DNA of 63,407 nucleotides, the filler included, from Nemertoderma westbladi (lineage: Eukaryota > Animalia > Xenacoelomorpha): assembly GCA_032718475.1 (NCBI GenBank). It is 3 parts of 3 records of this genome, joined end to end, with 100 filler letters (N's around TTAATTAATTAA, not from the genome) between each part and the next. Parts side by side here need not be neighbours in the genome. Positions count along the whole stretch, not along the records: positions 53,625 to 63,407 come from JAUCBJ010002653.1; 2 more parts are not named here. One strand, 5' to 3'. The position numbers and the translations under genes were made by a program. The notes under the pieces were generated by a model. The model was given only the letters and a program-made list of their open reading frames with translations, had not been told where the DNA came from and searched no databases. Below are positions 60,531 through 63,407 of the stretch, piece after piece (position 1 is the stretch's first letter; the number at the start of each line of letters is the position of its first letter).

Positions 60531-61047
60531 TTAAAACCAAACATGTTTATCTACAAAGGTGACGATTCAACTATAATGCTATTTCCCAGCGGCGCTGTAA
60601 CAATTGTAGGCCTTTGCAATAATTTAGCTAGTGAATTGTTTTATTTAACACTAGAACGGCCAAATCTTATCACTACCAATTAAGCCGCGTACATCAATTG
60701 ATGTAAATGCACGCTTTGCATAGAAGCACTTACCTAACCAAATGGAATGCGTTTTTATTGAAGTGTGCATCGTGTATAATGCGCATATGATCAACACATC
60801 ATCTACGTGTATATTGCACGAAAATATTATTATAACTATGCCCATATTATTATAAATATTATTACTATGCCCAGCCCCAGCCCAAATAACAGATTCAAAG
60901 ATCTTTTTGCAATCTGCCACTTTTTACTATCCGTGTGGCATCTTTGTATATCAACCTAGTTTTATACTTGGTAGCCTGCATACAGCCTCTATGCCTAGGC
61001 CTATACATATGCCTAGGTTTGTACATGTATATCAACCTAGGTTTATA

Positions 61048-61264
61048 GGCACTTTTTCGGTATTCCCCCGCATTTTTACTGTTTGTAATATACAAATGCT
61101 ACCGGTACTGAATTTTAACAACAATATTTCAATATTTAGTGCTTCCTCGCATTCCCTTGGGGTTTCGGTTAGTTTTTTGGTTAGGGTTCATTGGTCAGGC
61201 CGTAACCGTAATTAAAAGTGTTATATAACCCTAACCCTAACCCAGGGAATACCGGAAAAGCGCC
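61048..61264. mobile_element. ~217-bp MITE containing (taaccc)n
   Basis: TIR ggcactttttcggtattccc / gggaataccggaaaagcgcc; near-TSD ggtttata / ggcttata. Confidence 0.65.
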
Positions 61265-61497
61265 GGCTTATACTGGGTAGCCTACATACATGTACTGTAC
61301 ACAGTACAGCCTATAAGCCTAGGCATAGGCAACACTCGAAATACATACCATATGGCATAGGCTATACCATAGTTATATAACCCAACCCAAATAGTTCCTG
61401 ATTTATTATGTTATACCGTGTCTGATTCCTGATTTACCCAAATAGGCCTACCGTGTCTTATAAATTTTATCATACTGAATTGTCTTCTAATCTGAAA

Positions 61498-63361
61498 ATG
61501 CCTCGACCCACTAGGAGGATGAATGGCACCGAGGCGCTCGCTTATCTCGAGGCACTGAATCAGGAGGATAGCGGCAGTGGTGGTAGCGATTTGGATGGTG
61601 AAACTCCCCATTTGGATACATCTACTGTGGCGGACTCAATCACCTCAGTCCATGCAGTTTCGTCCAGTGATGAATCAAGCGATGTCGATGATGATTCGCC
61701 AGCCCAAGGACACGCCCATCCAGATAATGTGGCTACAATAACGAGCAAAGACGGGACTGAGTGGACACAGGAATCCCAGTTAGCTGGAACCGGTAGGGCA
61801 AGACTCCAAAATGTGTTTTCGGTCAAGTCAGGCCCAACAAGTTATGCGCGAAATGCTGTAACATGTATTCAAGTGATCATGTTGTTCATAGACCCAGGTT
61901 GTCTGCGTCATATTGCCAACTGTACCCAGACCTTTGCACAATCTGTTTCCCCAACCTGGTCCATCACAACTCAGCAACTGCTTGTTTTTCTGGGACTCCT
62001 CTACCTGAAGGCGACACTCTTCAGCGACATCCCACTGGACCTCCTCTGGTCTGATGAATTTGGCAACGCAACCTTTAGAAAGGCAATGCCGCGCATGCGG
62101 TTTCGAGAGATAAGACGATATCTCCGATTTGATATAAAGGCAACGAGAAGTGAGCGACTGAAAACTAACAAGTTTGCACTTGTTTCGGAAGTATTTGACC
62201 GGGTGGTGACTAACTTTGGCAAAGCTTATGTCCCTAATCCATATCTTACGATCGATGAACAACTCTTTCCATGCAAGACCCGGTGCCGCTTTACCCAATA
62301 TATGCCGTCCAAACCCGATAAGTTTGGGATTAAATTTTGGCTCCTAGCTGAAGTTGATTCAAAGTATTGTTGTGGCATGCGCCCATATTTGGGAAAAGAT
62401 GATACCCGAACTGAAGGGCTGGGAAGCCACGTTGTGAAGGAGCTGATGCGGCCACACCTGCGCAAAGGTTATAACGTCTGCACCGACAACTTCTTTACAA
62501 ACTTGGATATCGCACGGTATCTGAAAGACAATAAAACATCAATGCTGGGCACAGTAAGAGCCAATCGGCGAGAACTGCCTCCAGCTACAGTCACGGCCCT
62601 ATATTCCAGCAATTTTAAATCCAATAATGGCATCCAGTTGGTGGAATACAGAGCAAAGCGCACGAAGACCGTATGGATGATGTCGTCGCTACACGCTGGC
62701 ATTGTTACTGGACCGGAGCCGAAATGCAAACCCCAATCTGTCCTTGACTACAACAGCAACAAATGCGGCGTGGACATGCTAGATGCGATGGCAAGGCGAC
62801 GTACAACCAAATGTGGTACACGGAGGTGGCCTATGGCAGTGTTTTACAACTTGCTGGATATAGCAGGTTGGTAAAAGTTATTTGCATGTCTTGTTTGTCA
62901 TTTTCTTGAAGCTGGTAATAGCATGGGTCTAGGGTACTACTGTATATATATATATTAGGCTGGGCCTACTATACATAATACATATACTAGGTCGGGTGGA
63001 TACCTGATTAGTCGTCTAAACCAATAAGGCATCAACCCGACCTAACACCTTTGACTCATGTCAACTATAGTGTCATGTTTTAGGAATCAACGCATACATC
63101 ATCTACAAGAAGAACACTGGAGCCACAATTGATCGACGGTCGTTTCTGTTGAAGCTGGCTAGAGAAATGATTGGCGAAGGCGAACGCGAGGAGCACCTAC
63201 CAACCGCATCGGGTCCCACGCCACCAAAACTGGCCAAAAGAGTGGTGTGTCAAGTTAAATCCGGATGCACCCGGAATATGACAGCCACAAAGTGCACAAA
63301 GTGCCAGCGACCCGTGTGCGGCCAGTGCCTCACCAACATCTGCATCAAGTGCCGTGACTAG
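61498..63361 (+). CDS. piggyBac (PGBD4-like) transposase, apparently intact, 548 aa; join(61498-62866,63084-63361)
   Basis: Catalytic motifs TIDEQL, TDNFFT and GVDMLD; QYMPSKPDKFGIKFW; RRWPMAVFYNLLDIA G|INAYIIY restored by a phase-1 GT-AG intron 62867-63083; C-terminal Cys-rich domain CQ...C...KCTKCQRPVCGQC...CIKC. Confidence 0.92.
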
Positions 63362-63407
63362 TTTATCAATGTACAGTACATATAATATAGTAATTTGGGC
63401 CTCAAAT

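Larger units (their letters stand above)
58249..63407 (+). mobile_element. piggyBac transposon (left end at 58249, right end beyond the window)
   Basis: TTAA|ccctattccacctggg...attccacctggg..gggcataatatgccc left-end structure with the transposase downstream. Linkage of this end to the transposase is inferred. Confidence 0.6.

Noticed and set aside
61226-61243. Telomeric (TAACCC)3
   Set aside because: Only three units, internal to a small TIR element; not a chromosome end.

Overview
Animal (invertebrate-like, AT-rich, transposon-dense) genomic DNA made of three contigs joined by two 100-nt artificial spacers (N44-TTAATTAATTAA-N44 at 25037-25136 and 53525-53624). Contig 1 holds the 5' half of a minus-strand BEL/Pao LTR retrotransposon (5' LTR 7150-7919, PBS, gag ORF 3322 to beyond position 1). 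Its 3.8-kb leader carries a frameshifted antisense gene for a DEDDy-type 3'-5' exonuclease plus CCHC knuckles, and an array of TACTAAC branch-point motifs. Contig 1 also has a MULE DNA transposon (8359-14208, 10-bp TSD) with a satellite in its TIR and a second MULE transposase inside, and a single-coding-exon hnRNP A/B-type gene (17226-18839). Contig 2 has LINE, SINE and MITE remnants and the first five coding exons of a MEKK2/3 (MAP3K2/3) gene. Its 18-kb intron 4 is built entirely from two satellites: about 400 copies of a 39-bp unit duplicating the exon end plus splice donor, then about 64 copies of a 38-bp branch-point-like unit. Contig 3 has a TIR-derived 32-bp satellite, nested piggyBac elements and an intact, intron-containing piggyBac transposase. 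All family calls are by eye from remembered motifs; no searches were run.
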